This document shows positions 1-9,975 of a DNA stretch of 64,000 nucleotides, piece by piece; position 1 is the stretch's first letter, and each line of letters opens with the position of its first letter. This stretch comes from Bradymonadia bacterium (GTDB lineage: Bacteria; Myxococcota_A; Bradymonadia; REDH01), in the NCBI GenBank assembly GCA_047629415.1, contig JBLHWZ010000001.1, positions 3,808-67,807 of the forward strand, in the 5' to 3' direction. Below the pieces are notes generated by a model. It had not been told where the DNA came from, did not search any database, and was given only the letters and a program-made list of their open reading frames with translations. A program made the translations under genes and the position numbers.

Positions 1-489
1 AGGGACCAGCTGATTCAGCACGCCGACGCCCAAACGCTGCTTGCGCTCTTCACGCTTCGCTCATTCCTCTCCAAGCAACCAGCGACGCGGCAGCGCAAAC
101 GCCCGCTACATGTGATCGCGGAAATCCTCGATCCGGAGAACAAGGAACACGCCTCTGCGGCCGGTGCCGACGAGGTCGTGGAGACCACGCGCTTCGGTTT
201 CGATCTCATCGCCCACGCCGCCGTTGTACCAGGCTCCGGCAGGGTCATGAGTCGCGTGGTTGCCGCGGAATCGGAGAGCCTCTACATCGAGATGAACCCG
301 CTCACCGAGCCGACACCCTTTGGAAAGGTCGCGCACGACATCCGCGAGCTGCATCACGTCCTCGTCATGGGCATTCGCGAGCATGACACGAAGCGGGTGA
401 TCCTGAACCCCGAGGACGAACTCATCGTCACGCCCGAGGACGAACTCGTCTACCTCGGCAGCCTGCCCGAGTTCGGCCACTTGCCATGA
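1..489 (+). CDS. Partial (5'-truncated by the window edge) RCK/TrkA-C-like regulatory domain protein, possibly the C-terminus of a CASTOR/POLLUX-type or K+ channel protein
   Basis: The frame is open from nt 1 with no stop until 489. The motif HVIAEILDPENKEH is typical of the region flanking TrkA-C/RCK domains. The track ORF 112..489 is the in-frame tail. Confidence 0.55.
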   Translation, partial: RDQLIQHADAQTLLALFTLRSFLSKQPATRQRKRPLHVIAEILDPENKEHASAAGADEVVETTRFGFDLIAHAAVVPGSGRVMSRVVAAESESLYIEMNPLTEPTPFGKVAHDIRELHHVLVMGIREHDTKRVILNPEDELIVTPEDELVYLGSLPEFGHLP

Positions 490-1292
490 TCGTCGACGCC
501 TGGATTCAGCATCCCACGGACGTCTTCCGATCGCAGAAGATGTTCTCCCGCCTGTTGAGTTGGCAGGGAATGACCGAGTTCCCTCCGGTCTCGCACGAGA
601 TGACGGACGGCCTCATGAACGCCGCCGGCATCGATCGTGCGCTGGCCTCGGCTTGGTGGGGCCCCGAAGGGCCGCTCATCAGTAACGACGACGTCGCCGC
701 GCTCGTTGCCCACAACCCTGAGCGCTACGTCGGCATCGCGTCCGTCGATATTTCGCACCCTATGGACGGCGTAAGAGAGCTTCGCCGCGCGGTTCATCAG
801 CTCGGCTTCAAGGGCCTGCGACTGCTTCCATGGCTCTGGAATCTGCCACCAGACGATCGGCGCTACTACCCGCTCTACGCCGAGTGCATCGAACTCGACA
901 TCCCGTTCTGCCTCCAGATTGGCCACACCGGCCCGCTCTGTTCATCGGAGCCAGGCCGGCCGATCCCCTATCTTGAGAACGTCGCGCTCGAGTTCCCCGA
1001 ACTACGAATTGTCGCGGGACACCTTGGGTTTCCCTGGGTCAGCGAGGTCATCTCGCTCGCGCTGCGATTCCCGAATGTCTACATCGACACCTCCGCCTAC
1101 AAGCCGAAGCGCTTCCCTCCGGAGTTCGTCACGTTCATGACCGGCGTCGGGCGGAAGAAGGTGATGTACGGCTCCAACTTCCCCATGATCACTCCCTTCG
1201 AGTGCCTCGAAGGTGTCGACGAGCTCGGCTTCGACGAAGAGTCGAAGGCCCTCTACCTCGGCGGTACCGCGGCGCGCGTCTTCAAGCTCTAG
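486..1292 (+). CDS. Amidohydrolase-2 family (TIM-barrel metal-dependent hydrolase, PF04909-like)
   Basis: 268-aa ORF with an amidohydrolase_2-like layout (LLPWLW, IVAGHLGFPW, YIDTSA, KVMYGSNFP). Its ATG overlaps the upstream stop in an ATGA 4-nt overlap. Confidence 0.8.
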   Translation: MIVDAWIQHPTDVFRSQKMFSRLLSWQGMTEFPPVSHEMTDGLMNAAGIDRALASAWWGPEGPLISNDDVAALVAHNPERYVGIASVDISHPMDGVRELRRAVHQLGFKGLRLLPWLWNLPPDDRRYYPLYAECIELDIPFCLQIGHTGPLCSSEPGRPIPYLENVALEFPELRIVAGHLGFPWVSEVISLALRFPNVYIDTSAYKPKRFPPEFVTFMTGVGRKKVMYGSNFPMITPFECLEGVDELGFDEESKALYLGGTAARVFKL

Positions 1293-1297
1293 CACCG

Positions 1298-2023
1298 ATG
1301 GTCATTCAGCCCCGGTCGGACACGCTCCGGCTCTTCAAGCAGCACGACCACGCACTCACATGCGGCGAGATGGCGCGGTTTTGGCGGGGATTCGAGCGCC
1401 AGGAATCGCTCGAATTCGAAGCGATGCTCGCGATCGCGATGCATGATTGTGGCTGGATCGATGACGACGAGCAGGTACGTCTGGATCCCAAGACAAGCTG
1501 GCCCTACGACTTCGTTCGCATGCCAATCCCTCAGCGCAGCGCCGTCTATCGGCGAGCGATCGAGGAGGCCGAACGAGTCAGTGACTATGCTGGCTTGCTC
1601 GTCAGCGTGCACTTCTCTGGCTTCGCCGTCTCATTAGACACCGAATTCGCGGCAGCAGAGGCGGAGCGGCAGGAGCGACTTCGGGCCGCGCTCGGCGATC
1701 GCGCCGAACAGAGTGAGCGAGACTACTTCGCACTAAAGACCCTCGACCTGCTCTCACTCGCAGCCTGCCTGACTCCACCCGGTTCCGACGAGAACCACCA
1801 TCCGCGCTGGCTCACCCGCCAGGTCGACATCGGTGGCGTCTCGGTGGAGCTCCGATGGGAAGCCGAAAACCGACTTGAGCTAAGCCACTCGCCGCTGCGT
1901 CAGCCCGTGATGATTCGGCTCCCTTACCGCGAGATAGTGCGTCGTAAGTATGCGTCGCAGGACGAGCTCGCGGACGCTTGGGCAAACGCTGAGAGTGGTG
2001 TGGCCGAGGTGACGATCGGCTAG
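1298..2023 (+). CDS. Conserved hypothetical protein (possibly DUF3891-like); start taken at the internal ATG 1298
   Basis: Track ORF 1202..2023. The first 32 codons overlap the upstream gene, so the ATG at 1298 (MVIQPRS) directly after the upstream stop is the likely start. The motif AIAMHDCGW was read by eye. Confidence 0.55.
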   Translation: MVIQPRSDTLRLFKQHDHALTCGEMARFWRGFERQESLEFEAMLAIAMHDCGWIDDDEQVRLDPKTSWPYDFVRMPIPQRSAVYRRAIEEAERVSDYAGLLVSVHFSGFAVSLDTEFAAAEAERQERLRAALGDRAEQSERDYFALKTLDLLSLAACLTPPGSDENHHPRWLTRQVDIGGVSVELRWEAENRLELSHSPLRQPVMIRLPYREIVRRKYASQDELADAWANAESGVAEVTIG

Positions 2024-2052
2024 CCGCTGCGGTGAGTAGCGGCTAGCCGATC
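2014..2052. terminator. Perfect 15-bp inverted repeat with a 9-nt loop (GATCGGCTAGCCGCT-gcggtgagt-AGCGGCTAGCCGATC) between convergent genes; candidate bidirectional terminator hairpin with no U-tract
   Basis: Read directly from the sequence. The left arm overlaps the stop of the 1298..2023 CDS and the right arm ends 9 nt before the stop of the minus-strand 2061..3995 CDS. Confidence 0.5.
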
Positions 2053-2060
2053 TGCGATCG

Positions 2061-3995
2061 CTACTCCACCACCAACGACTCAGCGCCGTCGACCAAGGCC
2101 CCACCGGACACGATCGCCCGCGCGCTGCCGACAACGACGACCCGTTGCAACCGCAACTCGCCACCCCGCACTTCGGCGGCGACCTCGGGCGAATCGAGCA
2201 CAGAGTCGTGCACTTCAAACTCGCCATCACGCAACTCAATCGTACCACCGACGTAGCTAGAGCCTAGCTCGCTAGGGCCCGATCGACCTCCGCTGATCGA
2301 AATCGCCGGGTCTTCACCAACCGTGAGCTCCAGGTCAGTTCCGTAAAACGTACCGAGCACGTCGAGACCTGAACCTACAACGACCAGCGCTGTGCGGACC
2401 CAGGTGCCCTGCCCGCTCAACGTCACGCCGTCATTGGCTTCGAACATCACGTCTTCGGTATCAAAGGTTGAGCCCGTCACCACCGCTGCTGGACCAGCGG
2501 CAAGCACGCTGCACTGACGAAGAGCGACGCTGCTGGCGTTGCTAACTTCCAGCGCGGCGGTCTCTGAGATCGCCCTCAACTCGGAGTTCTCGAAGGTGAT
2601 ATCTGCACCATTCGCAGCCAGAAGGAGCGTCGGTACAGCTGAGACAACTTGGCTGAGCACAGCGGTCCCAAGCTCTTCTGCCGACACCAGCGGGCCAGTG
2701 ATGTTGCTCACGCGCAGACCGCTGATGGTGGCCTCCCCATGGGCGTCGACCTGTAAGGCTGGGCCCTCGACCGCCTCAACCGTGGCGCCGCGCACATCCA
2801 GCGTGGCGACCCCGATCGAGCGCAGCGCGCCACGGACTTCCGTCGCGAATGTGTCTGGTACGGCGAGCCCTTCGATGTAGACATCTTCGACGTCCACGCG
2901 ACCTCCACTGGAAACCAGTGCTCCGCTTTGCGTGTCCCAGATCCCTAGAAGCGTGCCGGTCACGGACGCCGCCCCGGAGAAGGCCTGCACGCCGACGCCG
3001 GGCGCGCTCGGGTCCTCATTCTCGGTGACGCTCGCGATCGCGACGTTGGTAAACTCAATGCTCGCGCCCGCGCCGATCGCGACCAGGCCAATGTCACGGA
3101 CTCGCTGGATCGTCACGTCCTCAAGCGTCGCAGAGCTGTCGGCGCTGACCTGAATCCCGCGGCCAAACGAGTCGTCCTCGAACGAGGGCAACATGTCATG
3201 AACCCAGACACTAGCGAGGTTTGCGCTGGCACCTCCAGCAACACGGATCCCAATTCTTCGAGCGGCGCGCACTTCGACGTTTCTCAACTCGACCTCTGCT
3301 CCGCCAGCGATCCAGACCCCGATGGCGTTGCCACTCACCGCCAAGTCGTGGATCTCAGCGAGGCCAATCGTGGCGTTCAGTGCACCCACTTCGGTCGACG
3401 GTGCTTCGGACCGAATCAGCGTCTGAGCGGCACACACGCCAACGAGAGTGAGGCCGGAGACGTCAAACTGCCCCACGTACTCCCCGGCCGCGAGAGCCAG
3501 CAAATCGCCCGGCGCAGCCTCCAAAATCTTCGCCGACAGCTCGCCCGGCTCGACGCGCCAGATGGTCGCGTCCGTCGCGAAGATCTCCCGAATCTGATTG
3601 TCAGAATACGGGTCGCAGCTTGAAACCCGAGCGCAGCCTTGTGCGAGGACTGGGAACTCACCTGCAGGGCATTCGGAAGGAGGCCGGTCTGGGACGCAGC
3701 CTCCCGCATCCGTCGCGGTCCATCCGTTTGGACAGTCCTGTGGCGGGATGTCGGGGGCCATCGGCAAACACCGGCCGCCGTTCACGAAGTGCATCTCGTT
3801 GCTCACTCCTGGGCAATCTTCACTTCCGATCGGTCCGTCGGGCCCAAGGATTTCTGGGACCTCACTCCAGTCCGCCGTGTCCTCCACACCAACATCCGTA
3901 GTCGATTCAAGGGGCCCTTCCCCGCACGCCGGCGTCGCGGCAGCCACAGTGAGCAGCGCGGCACCGAGCCCGCGGTAGTTTAGTAGGATGTGCAA
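2061..3995 (-). CDS. Secreted lipoprotein with right-handed parallel beta-helix (pectin-lyase-fold) repeats
   Basis: The N-terminus LLTVAAATPACGEG looks like a lipobox. A Cys-rich N-terminal region is followed by a long Gly/Val/Ala/Ser/Thr-rich run of beta-strand repeats (GVWIAGGAEVELRNVEV...) typical of beta-helix proteins. Confidence 0.7.
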   Translation of the reverse strand: MHILLNYRGLGAALLTVAAATPACGEGPLESTTDVGVEDTADWSEVPEILGPDGPIGSEDCPGVSNEMHFVNGGRCLPMAPDIPPQDCPNGWTATDAGGCVPDRPPSECPAGEFPVLAQGCARVSSCDPYSDNQIREIFATDATIWRVEPGELSAKILEAAPGDLLALAAGEYVGQFDVSGLTLVGVCAAQTLIRSEAPSTEVGALNATIGLAEIHDLAVSGNAIGVWIAGGAEVELRNVEVRAARRIGIRVAGGASANLASVWVHDMLPSFEDDSFGRGIQVSADSSATLEDVTIQRVRDIGLVAIGAGASIEFTNVAIASVTENEDPSAPGVGVQAFSGAASVTGTLLGIWDTQSGALVSSGGRVDVEDVYIEGLAVPDTFATEVRGALRSIGVATLDVRGATVEAVEGPALQVDAHGEATISGLRVSNITGPLVSAEELGTAVLSQVVSAVPTLLLAANGADITFENSELRAISETAALEVSNASSVALRQCSVLAAGPAAVVTGSTFDTEDVMFEANDGVTLSGQGTWVRTALVVVGSGLDVLGTFYGTDLELTVGEDPAISISGGRSGPSELGSSYVGGTIELRDGEFEVHDSVLDSPEVAAEVRGGELRLQRVVVVGSARAIVSGGALVDGAESLVVE

Positions 3996-6352
3996 CGGAC
4001 TCCCTCCGGATGTCGCGCGCAGACATTACGACCACCGAGATGCCAACGCACCGACGTCCCATGTGGCTCTGCCTCATAACCCTCGTCGTCGCTGAATCCA
4101 CCAATCAGCGCGAATGAATCGAATGTAGTGCCTGTCGACCACCCACACATGACACCCTGCGGCGATCGTAAACACGCGTCGTCGCGGCCGTCTCTGTTGA
4201 GGTCAACGAGTGAGAGAGCCCCGGTGTAGGCCTCGAACTGGGTCCATCCGGCGGAGTCGGCGAGTTGATCGCGGAAGCCCCAAAACCGAGGTTTTACGAA
4301 CGCCCCTTCGGCAGTTCCGAGCGCACAGACCAAACCGAGTGCGCCTCGACCGCAGACGTCGTCGAGCCCGTCGCCATCGATGTCTCCATAGCGAATCGTG
4401 GCCCCATACATGTCGGCGCTCCACCCGAGTTCGTCGTTGAACTCTGTCTGAAGAAGGTCGCGCTGCCTGCCCCATCCACCATCCTCGTTGGGAGCCGAGC
4501 AGGAGATCCCGGCGGCGGATCGCGCGCACAGATGTGGGCGGCCTGTTTCGTGGCCAAGGAAGGGCCAGCCGAGCGTCTGGAAGTAGGAGAATTCAAACCA
4601 GAAGTCGCCGGTTTCATCCCCGAAATAGGGGTCCTGACTGAGCAACGCGACGCCGTCGAAGCCTGCCTCAGACGCGGGTGCGCAGAGCATACCGAGAAAG
4701 CCTCGGCCACAGATATCGAGGGCGCCATCAGCGTTGAAGTCGACCAAGGTGACGGTGGCGTCACGAGCCAGGGAACTCCAGCCTGCGGCGTTCGAGTATT
4801 CCGAGTTTAGGACTGACGGAGCGCTCCAACCTTCCTCTGTCCGCGATGCGCAGCTGAGTCCTTCGCTCGCGCGCACACAGACCGTGGTCTCGCCCTCAAT
4901 GCCGCCGAGCTGGAACGATCGTTGGCCGGACCCGCCCAGAAACTCGTCGGAGAAGAGCGTGCTCTGTGTTTCTCCGCCCAACCCGAGCGTCCAGCGCTGT
5001 GAGGCGAGCGGTCCACCGTCTTCACTCCCTTGGCAGACTCCGACGGTCGGCTCAGCGCCAGATGTGAGGCAGCCGGTGTGATCGCCGATTCGTAGCTGCC
5101 CGTTGCTCATGAAGTGGAGCCTCCCGTCGCACTCCCCGGCCCCAAGAACCCCGCTCTGAACGCCAAGACATCCGAGCGAGTTTCGCATCGAGAAGCCGTC
5201 CAGTCTCCACGTGTCTGCGCTCCCGCAGAGACCCATCGACGCGCCGTCTTCGGTCGCAGAGAGGCAGGCGCCACCTGACTGAAGTCGTCCTTCGAAGCTC
5301 TCAAGACGCTGGATGGGATACTGGCGGCGGGACCACTCCCAGAAGGCAACGCCCGACTCGCGTTCGCACAGGCCTTCTTCCTCCTGGGCGGCGCCACAGT
5401 AGGCGAGCATCGCTTCCCATTTGGCGTCCAAGTCGGACGGATGCACGTTAAGCGGATCAGCGTCCATATTGTAGGTTCGATGCTCCCGATAGGCGGTGAT
5501 CCCGGCCTCGGTTAGGGCCGCTAGCGTGACACGGGCGGCCGCGATGTGATCATCGTTGTCGTGACCGTACACACCAGTCGGCTCCAGGGTGTGGACCTGC
5601 TCGACGTCCATCTCCCGAAGGTCCTGCGCAAGTGCTCGCGCGAGGTCCGTCTGCGCGATATTCACGGAGGGTGAGGAGACGCTCGGTAGTGATTCCACCT
5701 CGCCTTCAACCAGCTGCAGCAGCGCTGGGGCGCAGTCGGGAGCCCTCAGGAAGACCAACGAGACCGGGATCGGCGAGTCGAGCCAACAAATATGGGCCGG
5801 CATACCGAGGTCGTAGTCCTGGCAGGTCCAGTCCGTCTCGTCGCTCTCTGAGCCGAGCGCCATCAAGCTGTAGGCGGAGCGGAGCCCTAGCTCTCGAAGG
5901 GCAGGGTCGCGTGTTCCGCAGGCGTCTCCGGCGGTGAGTATCACGGTGCGCACCGCGCGACCGTGGCGCAGCGCTTCGAGAATGTCGGGATTCATGAAGA
6001 GCAGGTCGTCGTCCGGATGCGCTCCGACGAACACCTCAACGGGCGTACCGCGCGGCGGACGACCCGCGATCAGCTCGATCTGGCCTACGTCCGCATCCGA
6101 TGTATCCACCGCCGCATCGGCGTCGACCGGGACGTCTTCGCGTGTGTCACTGGTGGAGTCTGCGGCATCAGCGGCGTCTTCGGAGGCATCCCCGAGCGTG
6201 TCGGCCGCAGCGTCCGAACGAGTGTCGGAAACAACGTCTGAAGGGGCATCCAAGATGTCGGCGGCACGGACATCGGCTGGGGACTCGGGCGGCTCAGAGG
6301 TCGAGCCACACGCGGCCAAAAAAACGAGGAACGGGGCGACGGTCTTGCGCAT
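3980..6352 (-). CDS. Lipoprotein with an N-terminal PIG-L/LmbE-family deacetylase domain, then Cys-containing beta-rich repeats and FG-GAP/VCBS-like calcium-binding repeats
   Basis: Signal/lipobox FLVFLAACGS. A D/S/A-rich linker follows. LmbE-like motifs are present: HPDDDLLFM, LTAGDA, HDNDDHIAA. The C-terminal half repeats DxNxDGxxDxCGRG (DFNADGALDICGRG, DIDGDGLDDVCGRG, DLNRDGRDDACLR). Confidence 0.75.
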   Translation of the reverse strand: MRKTVAPFLVFLAACGSTSEPPESPADVRAADILDAPSDVVSDTRSDAAADTLGDASEDAADAADSTSDTREDVPVDADAAVDTSDADVGQIELIAGRPPRGTPVEVFVGAHPDDDLLFMNPDILEALRHGRAVRTVILTAGDACGTRDPALRELGLRSAYSLMALGSESDETDWTCQDYDLGMPAHICWLDSPIPVSLVFLRAPDCAPALLQLVEGEVESLPSVSSPSVNIAQTDLARALAQDLREMDVEQVHTLEPTGVYGHDNDDHIAAARVTLAALTEAGITAYREHRTYNMDADPLNVHPSDLDAKWEAMLAYCGAAQEEEGLCERESGVAFWEWSRRQYPIQRLESFEGRLQSGGACLSATEDGASMGLCGSADTWRLDGFSMRNSLGCLGVQSGVLGAGECDGRLHFMSNGQLRIGDHTGCLTSGAEPTVGVCQGSEDGGPLASQRWTLGLGGETQSTLFSDEFLGGSGQRSFQLGGIEGETTVCVRASEGLSCASRTEEGWSAPSVLNSEYSNAAGWSSLARDATVTLVDFNADGALDICGRGFLGMLCAPASEAGFDGVALLSQDPYFGDETGDFWFEFSYFQTLGWPFLGHETGRPHLCARSAAGISCSAPNEDGGWGRQRDLLQTEFNDELGWSADMYGATIRYGDIDGDGLDDVCGRGALGLVCALGTAEGAFVKPRFWGFRDQLADSAGWTQFEAYTGALSLVDLNRDGRDDACLRSPQGVMCGWSTGTTFDSFALIGGFSDDEGYEAEPHGTSVRWHLGGRNVCARHPEGVRCTSY

Positions 6353-6404
6353 AAAGGCATCCTACCGCGCCCCGTTCATGGCTCCAAAGTTGTAGGGCGC
6401 GAAA

Positions 6405-8498
6405 TTACTCCGCGCGCTCGAGCGTAACTTCGCGAAGCGCCTCGGTGACCAGGACCTGAAGCAACGAGTTGCGCTCCTGCGCCTCGACCAACTCGCCGGT
6501 CAATCGGTCGAGGGTTTCGTCCTGCTCGGCCAGGCGCCCGACGAGCGTGGTTCGGAGCTCAGCGTTGGTCTCCGAGTCACCCAACGTCCGGATGCTCTGA
6601 CGGAGCTCATTGGTCCGGTTCTGAACATCAGTCTGGGTGCGCCGCGCGTTCTGCATCTGCGTCTCGTTTGCCGCAATCTCCTCGAGCATCTCGACGATCG
6701 GCTCGAGAGTCGCTGCGATGTCGGGGCGCGCGTCCGGTCGAGAAATGTAGGCCGCGAACAGCTGCTTGGCGCGTGGGTCGAAGACGTTGATACTCGAGTT
6801 GACACGGCTACGCTGATTGACGGTGAAGGTCGTGTACTCGCCACTCTCAAGCTCAAACGGGATCAGGTAGTAACTGGCCTCGGTCTGCACTTCGTCGCTG
6901 TCGTAGTTGCCCTCAAGTAGCTCCCACCCACCATAGCGTGCGACCTTGAAGTACGCCGTCTGCGCATCGGCCAGAGCGGAGCGAACCTCAAAGGTGACAC
7001 CCTGAATCTGCTCGACCTCGGTGTGAATCGTGCCGTCGATGATGCGCACTAACGACACCTCTCCGGACTCGCTCGAGGCCCGCTGCGAGACCGTCACACG
7101 GTTCTCGAGCGCGTAGGGGATGACGGCGCTCTGGTCCGGCGCGATGAGTGGCGTGATCCCCTGGCCGACGAAAGTCGAGCCGCTGTAGATCGCGATCGGC
7201 GCACGCTGCACCGGGTACTCGGTGGAGTTGTCGATCAGCAGCGCGCGGTACGGGTGCTGATGGCTGGCCGGAGCCGAGTCTGGCTGAAAGATCAGCGCGT
7301 CTTCGCCCGCGATCTGCGAGTTCATCAACGTCACCATCGTGCTGGTCTGATCGGGCAACGTCACGCGGCCGGGCACGTCGAAGCGAACGACGGCGCCCAC
7401 ATCCTCAACGGTGGCGTTCACGCCACCCATCGACTCCTGCATGTCGCCCGCGGAGATGCCTTCGGGGGCGTAACGGTCTTGTTCGTCGCCCCACCTTTCG
7501 TCAGCGAGCGCGTCCCTGTAGAGCCGAGTGGCCACCTCCTCGGTCATCATCGGTGCCATCGGCGGAGCGGGCGCTGGCATGCTGCCGGCTCGCGAGCGTT
7601 GATTGGTGGCGACGACCGGCGTGGGCGGAGCGAGGTTCGCGATGTTCGGAACGCCATACCCGCTCATATCGGGCCGCTCGACGAAGATCGGCGAGTGCAG
7701 GTTGTAGCGGAACGAGATCGGGGAGCCCGCGGTGAGGCTCAGCTGCACATCGTTCCAATCCACGCCGCTGGTGTTGTCGATCACGGCCCAGCCTTGCAGA
7801 AAGAGCTCGTCATCATCGACCACCACGCGGTAGGCGGGCTTCCAAATCGGCATCTCAACAACGTAGGCCATGACAACGTCGTGGCTGCCCGACTGGCTGA
7901 AGCGCACCGTCACATCTGTGGGCTTCCAGTCGCCGTCAGCGAGGCTGTGGTCGAGCGAGCGACGCAGTCCGGTCGAGAGCGAAGGACTCTGGAGGTCGAC
8001 GTCATCAATCTCGGAGATCGCGATGGGCACCATCTCATCGCGCAGCGTTAGGATGGTGACATGCGGCTCCTCGTCGATGGTCTCAACGCCGACCACACGA
8101 CCACGGGTTCTGTCGGGGCCGACCTTGACGACTACCTCTGCCCCACGGAACGAGTGCAGAATCGCAACCAGACCGCCGGCGTTGCGGAGCTCGGGCGGAA
8201 GATCAGAGAGCCGATCGGAGGCGGATTCGTCGATGGGGAGCGACACACTCGCCGCGCCATTGGAACCCCGATCAACCACGACCAAGGTCGCCAGAATGTC
8301 GTTAATCTGATCGGCGCGGATCGGCATCACCAGCTCGTCGCCAGACACTCGGCCTGCGCGTTCGAGGTAGGCGACGCCTGACTGATAGAGCACCACACGC
8401 GTGACTGCCAAGTCCTCAGGAGCTTGCTGGCGTGCACCGCAAGCGCCGATGAGAGGAAGAGCGAGAAGGAGCGCGCCGAGGCGCATGGACTGAAACAT
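6405..8498 (-). CDS. DUF4139/DUF4140-family (TIGR02231-like) secreted protein with a C-terminal coiled-coil
   Basis: Signal peptide MRLGALLLALPLIGACGA. The N-terminal VTRVVLYQSGVAYLER matches the DUF4140 start pattern. A large central beta-rich region (697 aa) follows. The C-terminus is Gln/Glu/Leu-rich and helical. Confidence 0.7.
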   Translation of the reverse strand: MFQSMRLGALLLALPLIGACGARQQAPEDLAVTRVVLYQSGVAYLERAGRVSGDELVMPIRADQINDILATLVVVDRGSNGAASVSLPIDESASDRLSDLPPELRNAGGLVAILHSFRGAEVVVKVGPDRTRGRVVGVETIDEEPHVTILTLRDEMVPIAISEIDDVDLQSPSLSTGLRRSLDHSLADGDWKPTDVTVRFSQSGSHDVVMAYVVEMPIWKPAYRVVVDDDELFLQGWAVIDNTSGVDWNDVQLSLTAGSPISFRYNLHSPIFVERPDMSGYGVPNIANLAPPTPVVATNQRSRAGSMPAPAPPMAPMMTEEVATRLYRDALADERWGDEQDRYAPEGISAGDMQESMGGVNATVEDVGAVVRFDVPGRVTLPDQTSTMVTLMNSQIAGEDALIFQPDSAPASHQHPYRALLIDNSTEYPVQRAPIAIYSGSTFVGQGITPLIAPDQSAVIPYALENRVTVSQRASSESGEVSLVRIIDGTIHTEVEQIQGVTFEVRSALADAQTAYFKVARYGGWELLEGNYDSDEVQTEASYYLIPFELESGEYTTFTVNQRSRVNSSINVFDPRAKQLFAAYISRPDARPDIAATLEPIVEMLEEIAANETQMQNARRTQTDVQNRTNELRQSIRTLGDSETNAELRTTLVGRLAEQDETLDRLTGELVEAQERNSLLQVLVTEALREVTLERAE

Positions 8499-8713
8499 CA
8501 GCAGCTGGGATCAAAGGGACGGGTCGTGACTGAAACGCGACCCTCTGAGATTCGGTCTACCGCGATTTGGCGAGGTTGCGAATCAGTGAGAGTCGCGAGG
8601 TCATTCCGGTCGCGAATAATGCGTCTACCGAGCGCAACTTTGGCTTGGCGAATATTCAATCTTTAGCTAAACCGCCCCGCACTCTTCCCTTGGCGCAATG
8701 GGTCCCCCCGCCA

Positions 8714-9955
8714 ATGTTGAAATCGAAACACGAAGTTGTCCGCCCGGCCTTGGCTGGATCGGATTGGTGGTGCCGCCCCGGCCTCCGCTACATTGACGAC
8801 CGCCTGGTCTTCGCCGGCCACGACGTCGAAGCTCTCACCAAGGCCAACGGCGGCATGGTCATGGCGTACGATGGCCAACGCATCCGCGAGCGGATCAGCT
8901 CGGTTCGGGCTTCGTTTGAGAAGGCAGGGGGATCGTCTCAGATGTACTTCGCGCTCAAATCGAACCGCTTTCGCCCGGTCGTCGACGCCATCCGCGCTCA
9001 TGGTGGCTGCGGCATCGATGCATGCTCGCCGCGTGAGCTCGCGCTCGCGCTCGACGCGGGCTTCTCTCCACGAGAGATCTCGTTCACCGGCTCCGCGCTC
9101 AGCGAGCAAGATGTCGACGCGATCGTCGGCCACGACGTCACGATCAACGTCAACTCGATCAGCACAATTCACAAGATTGGGCACCGCGGGACCCGCAGGC
9201 CGATCGGCCTGCGTATCAACCCGCAGATCGGGATCGGCGCTACGAGCAGTCTCGTCTATGCCGGTGAGACTCCGACCAAGTTCGGCATCTACCCCGAGCG
9301 AATCCCCGAAGCCATGCGGCTTGCGAAGTCCTACGGCTTGGAAATCGAGGGTGTGCACATGCACGTCGGCAGCGGCTGGATGGCCGACGGCATGCCAACC
9401 TTCATGCGCGCACTCGAACGTATGCTCGCCATCGCCGAACCGCTCGGAGCTCTGCGGTACGTCAACGTCGGCGGAGGCATCGGCGTCACGCACAGCGCGA
9501 GGTGCCGGCCGGTTGACCTAGACGCATACGCCGCCGGAGTTACCGCTGCAGTGCGCTCCCGATTCGGTGGCGCGACAGTCTGCTGTGAGCCTGGCGACTA
9601 CCTCGTCAACGATTCTGCCTTACTCGGAGCTACCGTCGCAGAGGTCGAAGAGAAAGGCGGAGCCTTGTTCGTCGGCCTCAACGTCGGCTTCAACTCGAAC
9701 CCTCAAGCGGCCCACTATGGCTTCGTCCCAGAGGTCGTGCACACGACCCGCGGACCCGCCGGGCCCAATGACCGCAAACACGCAGTGACGGGCAATATCA
9801 ACGAGGTCGTCGACATGTTCAACGCGGGCGCTCGCCTGCCGGATGTCCATGAAGGCGATGTGTTGGCAGTGCTCAGCGCAGGCGGCTACGGCAGCTCCAT
9901 GGCCAGTGACCACTGCATGCGTGAGCGCGCAGCTGAGGTCATGATCAGGGCCTAG
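8714..9955 (+). CDS. PLP-dependent fold-III decarboxylase (Orn/DAP/Arg decarboxylase family, diaminopimelate decarboxylase-like)
   Basis: The internal ATG 8714 (MLKSKHEVV) is preferred over the track start 8567. The sequence includes YFALKSN (PLP lysine motif region), CSPRELALAL, HVGSG, GGGIGV, CEPGDYLV and LSAGGYGSSMAS, which are classic alanine-racemase-fold decarboxylase motifs. Confidence 0.85.
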   Translation: MLKSKHEVVRPALAGSDWWCRPGLRYIDDRLVFAGHDVEALTKANGGMVMAYDGQRIRERISSVRASFEKAGGSSQMYFALKSNRFRPVVDAIRAHGGCGIDACSPRELALALDAGFSPREISFTGSALSEQDVDAIVGHDVTINVNSISTIHKIGHRGTRRPIGLRINPQIGIGATSSLVYAGETPTKFGIYPERIPEAMRLAKSYGLEIEGVHMHVGSGWMADGMPTFMRALERMLAIAEPLGALRYVNVGGGIGVTHSARCRPVDLDAYAAGVTAAVRSRFGGATVCCEPGDYLVNDSALLGATVAEVEEKGGALFVGLNVGFNSNPQAAHYGFVPEVVHTTRGPAGPNDRKHAVTGNINEVVDMFNAGARLPDVHEGDVLAVLSAGGYGSSMASDHCMRERAAEVMIRA

Positions 9956-9975
9956 GACGCGCGCTACCCTCGCCG

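Noticed and set aside
106-480. Antisense ORF (124 aa) overlapping the partial RCK-domain CDS
   Set aside because: It is the mirror frame of a CDS that has a recognisable domain, a typical high-GC artefact.
7254-8310. Plus-strand ORFs (265 aa and 146 aa) inside the DUF4139 gene
   Set aside because: They are antisense to a CDS with a signal peptide and domain pattern. Their composition is Arg/His/Gly-rich, typical of wrong-frame GC-rich translation.
8663-9521. ORFs 8663..9493 (-) and 8736..9521 (+) overlapping the decarboxylase
   Set aside because: The decarboxylase frame carries clear PLP fold-III motifs, while the alternates are Arg/Ala/Ser-rich low-complexity artefacts.
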